DNA of 64,000 bases from Chiloscyllium plagiosum (taxonomy: Eukaryota), in the NCBI RefSeq assembly GCF_004010195.1, contig NC_057728.1, forward strand, positions 53,340,174 through 53,404,173. The letters are read 5' to 3'. Under the pieces are notes generated by a model. The model had not been told where the DNA came from. It made no database searches and worked only from the letters and a program-made list of their open reading frames with translations. Positions 62,071-64,000 of this stretch are shown here, piece by piece. Made by a program: the position numbers and the translations under genes. The first letter of the stretch is position 1. The number at the start of each line of letters is the position of its first letter.

Positions 62071-63439
62071 GCACTATCACAGAGCTTATTGGGACAGACT
62101 TCAAAAAGATCAAGCAACTCAAGACTGGGCATCCATGAGGCACTGTTGGTTATCAACAGTACCAGAATTGTACTCCAGCACAATGTGTAACTTCATGGCC
62201 AGCATATTCCCCTGCTCAACCATTAACATCAAGCCAGGGATAAACTCTGGTTAAATGGAGAGTGCAGGAGGACATGCCAGGAGCAGCATCAGGCATACCC
62301 GAAGATGAGGGTTTAACCTAGTGAAACAACCAAACAGGACTTCTTGCATGCCAAACAGCAATAAGCAGCAAGTGACAGACAGAAATAAGTGATCCCACAA
62401 ACAACAGATCAGATCTAAGCTCTGCAGTCCTGCCACATCCACTCATGAAAGGTGGTGGACAATTAAACAACTCACTGGAGGAGGAGGCTCCACAAATATC
62501 CCCATCCTCAATGATGGAAAAGCCCAGCACATCAGTGCAAAAGGCTGAAGCACTTGCAGAAACCTTCAGCCTGAAGTGCCGAGAGGATGATCCATCTTGG
62601 CCACCCCCAGTACTCCCCAGCATCACAGCCAATTCAATCCACTCCACGTAATATCGAGAAAAGGTTGTAGGCACTGGATAGTGCAAAGGTGATGGGCTCT
62701 GACAACATTCCAGCAATAGTACTGAAGACCTGCGCTCCGGAGCTTGCTGCTCCCCTGGCCAAGCTGTTCCAGTTGCAACACTGGTATTTACCTGGCAGTG
62801 TGAAAAATTGCCCAAGTATGTCCTGAACATAAAAAGCAGGACAAATCCAACCAGGCCAATTGCTGCCCCTTTAGTTTCCTCTCAATCATCAGTAAAGTGA
62901 TGGAAGGTGTCATCAACATTGCTATCAAGCAGAACCTGCTCAGTGATACCCAGTTTGGGTTCTGCCAGGGCCACTTAGCTCCTGACCTCATGTAAGTATA
63001 TTAGTGATAGTGGGTCATGTCTTCTTGTGGTTCAAACATGGGCAAGAAAACTGAATTCCAGAGGTGAGGTGAGAGTGACAGCCCTTGACATCAAGACTGC
63101 ATTCAACCGAGTGTGGCATCAAGGAGCCATGTCAAAACTGGAATCAATGGATATCAGGGGAAAAACTCTCCAGTGGTTACAGTCACACCTGACACATAGA
63201 AAGATGGTTGAGGTTGTTGGTGGTCAGTCATCTCAGCTCCAGGACATCTCTGCAGGAGTTCCTTAGGATAGTGTCCTAGGTCCAACCATCCTCAGCTGCT
63301 TCATCAATGACCTTCCCTCCACCATAAGGTCAGAAGTGAGGATGTTCACTGATGATTGCACAAAGTTCAGCACCATTCCCAATTCCTCAGTCACTGAAGC
63401 ATCCATGTCCAAATGCAACAAGATCTGGACAATATCCAG

Positions 63440-63669
63440 AGTCTAGATTAGAGTGGTGCTGGAAAAGCACAGCAGTTCAGACAGCATCCGAGGAGTAGTA
63501 AAATCAACGTTTCGGGCAAAAGCCCTTCATCAGGAATACAGGTGATGAAGGGCTTTTGCCTGAAACGTCAATTTTACTGCTCCTCGGATGCTGGCTGAAC
63601 TGCTATGCATTTCCAGCACCACTCTAATCTAGACTCTGGTTTCCAGCATCTGCAGTCCTTGTTTTTACC
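63440..63669. mobile_element. 230-bp PLE-derived fold-back element with 15-bp TSD
   Basis: TSD ctggacaatatccag at 63425-63439 and 63670-63684; 97-nt arms at 63436-63532 and 63543-63639 with a 10-nt loop. Confidence 0.92.
63504..63535 (-). ncRNA. Minimal type I hammerhead ribozyme motif, core and ACGU palindrome intact
   Basis: Minus strand uc CUGAUGA a GGGC uuuu GCCC GAAA cg UU ga. Confidence 0.72.
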
Positions 63670-64000
63670 CTGGACAATATCCAGTCATGGGCTGACAAGT
63701 GGCAAGGAACATTTGCGCCACACAAATGCCAGCTATGACCATCATCAATAAGAGACAATCTAACCACCGCCCCTTGATTTTCAATGGTGTTTCCCTACTA
63801 TCAACATCCTGGGAGTTTCATTGATGAGAAACTCAACTGTACTCACCACATAAATACAGTTGCTACAAAATCGGGTCAGAGGCTAGGAATACTGTGGCAA
63901 ATAACTTACCTCCTGACTCCTGAAAGTTTGCTTGCCATCTACAAGGCACAAGTCAGGAATGTGATGGAATATTCACCACTTGCCTGGATGACTGCAACTC

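Larger units (their letters stand above)
59512..64000 (+). mobile_element. Near full-length decayed CR1/L2-clade LINE (family B): SINE-like tRNA head plus APE endonuclease plus RT, running off the window end
   Basis: APE start KVLLTNSWG*VLKLGELSHRLVKQQPDI, then YRPP and REPTRGKNILDL; RT motifs ALDIKTAFNRVWHQG, ISAGVP*DSVLGP and FTDD; carries three TSD-flanked insertions. Confidence 0.9.

Noticed and set aside
30300..64000. Neighbouring SLRP (lumican/fibromodulin) coding exon
   Set aside because: No long LRR-encoding ORF on either strand; a short non-coding first exon cannot be excluded.

Overview
This is eukaryotic DNA, very likely from a cartilaginous fish (shark): it carries HE1-type V-SINEs, CR1/HER1-like and L2 LINE relics and several Penelope-like element (PLE) families. 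The only host gene I can support is a decorin-type class I small leucine-rich proteoglycan on the + strand. Its last five coding exons are 14431-14644, 19061-19174, 21459-21552, 26940-27078 and 29442-29636 (214/114/94/139/195 nt, GT-AG, one continuous frame). I found no N-terminal exons in the window. The rest is intron or intergenic sequence dominated by decayed, nested transposable elements, with an 816-nt N gap inside one PLE. Four things stand out. (1) Minimal hammerhead-ribozyme motifs occur in about five PLE terminal-repeat families, with covarying stems, often inside short fold-back insertions flanked by target-site duplications (TSDs). (2) An EN-RT LINE has a 5' end that is a tRNA-headed SINE, and the same SINE also occurs free. 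(3) A 5'-intact, 3'-truncated, tail-less L1 has a 16-bp TSD. (4) The decorin protein has a mosaic, paralog-like character. TE family names come from recalled motifs and need a Dfam/Repbase check; boundaries of old TEs are approximate. No prokaryotic system or CRISPR array is present.
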